Of a stretch of DNA of 64,000 bases, positions 62,632 through 64,000 are shown in pieces. Made by a program: the position numbers and the translations under genes. The DNA is from Chrysomallon squamiferum (Eukaryota > Animalia > Mollusca). Below the pieces are notes generated by a model. It was not told the origin of the DNA. It ran no database searches and saw nothing but the letters and a program-made list of their open reading frames with translations. Where the stretch lies: NCBI GenBank assembly GCA_012295275.1, contig CM022668.1, positions 8,060,001 to 8,124,000 of the forward strand, written 5' to 3'. Within the stretch, counting starts at the first letter, position 1. Each line of letters starts with the position of its first letter.

Positions 62632-62740
62632 GAAATCATATTTTTCGGCACAAACATGAACTCAGAACCTATCAGTGAATCTAGTACAACTCATAACGAC
62701 AAATATAAATTTTACTTACCTCCTGATAAAGCCATGGACG
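59531..62740 (-). CDS. Micro-exon gene encoding a Met/Gly/Leu-rich repetitive peptide; probably 5'-partial (80 aa from the ATG at 62735)
   Basis: Exons 62720-62740 (21 nt), 62225-62254 (30), 61694-61723 (30), 61375-61386 (12), 61054-61077 (24), 60365-60391 (27), 59976-60059 (84), 59505-59550 (TGA at 59531-33). Each has a T-rich AG acceptor and a GT donor (GTAAGT x3, GTGAGT, GTATGT, GTACGT, GTTGGT, GTAAGA); all coding junctions are phase 1. Translation: MALSGAELPPALLMYGMNPQLHKNPYASMALTSGAELADIAPLMLLGQTSGQSGAQSGMGGMGSMEMMLMPEMQELLGAR*. A 3'UTR exon starts at 59006 with AATAAA at 58963-68. Confidence 0.8.
60665..61035. repeat. Degenerate ~28-bp minisatellite (TTTAGTACTACAATATGTAAGTTTGTGT), ~12 copies, intronic
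   Basis: The AGTACT/GGTACT core recurs about every 27-30 bp between two micro-exons. Confidence 0.85.
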
Positions 62741-62941
62741 CTTAAAAATAAATAAATAAATAAATTAATTAACATAAAATAAATAAATAAAAAATAAAAT
62801 AAATTATAAATATACCGGTCATGTATTTTATAAATTAATATATTATTTCACTGAATATAATTTACATATACAGGAAATAAAATAAATTGACTTACTTAAT
62901 TCTAGATATGTAATACTATAAGCACAAAATCACACATACAT

Positions 62942-64000
62942 CCCTAACCCTAACCCTAACCATAATCCTAACCAAGAACAAACAACACAGAACCCAGTTG
63001 TTTTAAGTCACAATAACATTAACTCTAACCTTAACCTAATTGTTTTAAGTCACAATAACCATAATCCTAATCATAACACTAACCCTAGCAATAACCCTAA
63101 CGCTAATCCAAACCCTGGACAAACTAAACCGAACCCAGTTGTTTTAAGTAACAACATTAACCCTAACCCTAAACCCTAACCCTAACCTAATTGTTTTAAT
63201 TCACAATAACCATAATATAACCCTAAACTTAACACTAACAATAAACTTAACCCTAACACTTACTCTAGCCCTACCCTAGCCCTAGCCCTAACCCTAACCC
63301 TAACCCTAACCCTAACCCTAGCCCTAACCATAACACTAGCCCTAGCCCTAGCCCTAACCCTAACCCTAACCCTAACCCTAACCCTAACCCTAACCCTAAC
63401 CCTAGCCCTAACCCTAACCCTAGCCCTAACCCCAACCCCAACACTAACCCTAACCCTCACCCTAACTCTAACCAGAAACGTAACACTAACCCTAAACCTA
63501 ACTCTAACCCTAACCGTAACCCTAATCCTAACCCTAACACTAATTCTAACCCTATACCTAAATGTAAACCTAACCCTAACTCTAAATGAAAATAACCCTA
63601 ACCCTAACACTAACCCTAATCCTAACCATAACCCTAACCCAAACCCTAACCTAACCGTAACCCAGTTGTTCTAAATGAAAATAACCCTAACCCTAGCACT
63701 AACCCTAACCCTAACGTAACCCTAACCCTAACTCAAAAGCACTAACACTAACCCTAACTCTAATCGTAACCCTAAACCTAACCCCAATCCTAACCCTAAC
63801 CCAAAACCTAACCCTAGCAATAACCCTAACCCTAGTTCTAACCGTAACCCCAATCCTAACTCCAATACTAACCCTAACCCTACCCTAACCCTAACCTCAA
63901 TCCTATCCTTAACCCAAACCCTAAGCCTAACCTAAACCTGGCCCAGTTGTTTGAAGTGGCAATAACCCCAATCCTAACCCTAACCCTATCCCAATAATAA
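62942..64000. repeat. Interstitial telomere-like array: degenerate (CCCTAA)n with periodic CCCAGTTGTTTTAAGTCACAATAAC-type spacers
   Basis: CCCTAA with variants CCCTAG, CACTAA, CTCTAA and CCGTAA; spacer motifs near 62991, 63040, 63132, 63190, 63660 and 63942. The C-rich strand is on +, the wrong polarity for a right-hand chromosome end. Confidence 0.92.

Noticed and set aside
59531-62740. Reflectin or suckerin identity for the Met/Gly-rich peptide
   Set aside because: No reflectin MD(x)5MD-type motif or Tyr/Arg richness, and no suckerin GGY or Ala/His/Thr modules.
63260-63610. 116-aa Arg-Val repeat ORF
   Set aside because: Translation of (TTAGGG)n-like repeats; no coding evidence.
62942-64000. 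True telomere at the window end
   Set aside because: A right-hand end would show TTAGGG on +; here the repeats are C-rich on +, degenerate and interrupted by spacers.

Overview
AT-rich, microsatellite-dense animal genomic DNA with short GT-AG introns, probably molluscan and cephalopod-like (inference from composition and gene style, not proven). Most ORFs in the track are simple-repeat artefacts, so genes were rebuilt exon by exon from splice sites and phase. The window holds: (1) the first coding exon of a type II membrane protein (minus strand, runs off the left edge); (2) an FGD/frabin-like RhoGEF with two tandem DH domains, a PH domain and a degenerate FYVE domain (+, 21 coding exons, one apparent 1-bp frameshift); (3) an unrecognised ~660-aa minus-strand gene starting MGSACS, with alternative C-termini; (4) a disrupted PAN/EGF-like/galectin-like gene; (5) Beclin-1 (16 exons, 438 aa), with an 8-copy array of its own splice acceptor and a candidate microexon; (6) UBA5 (12 exons, 402 aa); (7) a minus-strand gene invisible to the ORF track, built from symmetric phase-1 micro-exons (12-30 nt, plus a tentative 6-nt one) and encoding a Met/Gly-rich repetitive peptide, next to an interstitial (CCCTAA)n-like array. 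Several MITEs and minisatellites are also present. No tRNA, rRNA or CRISPR was seen.
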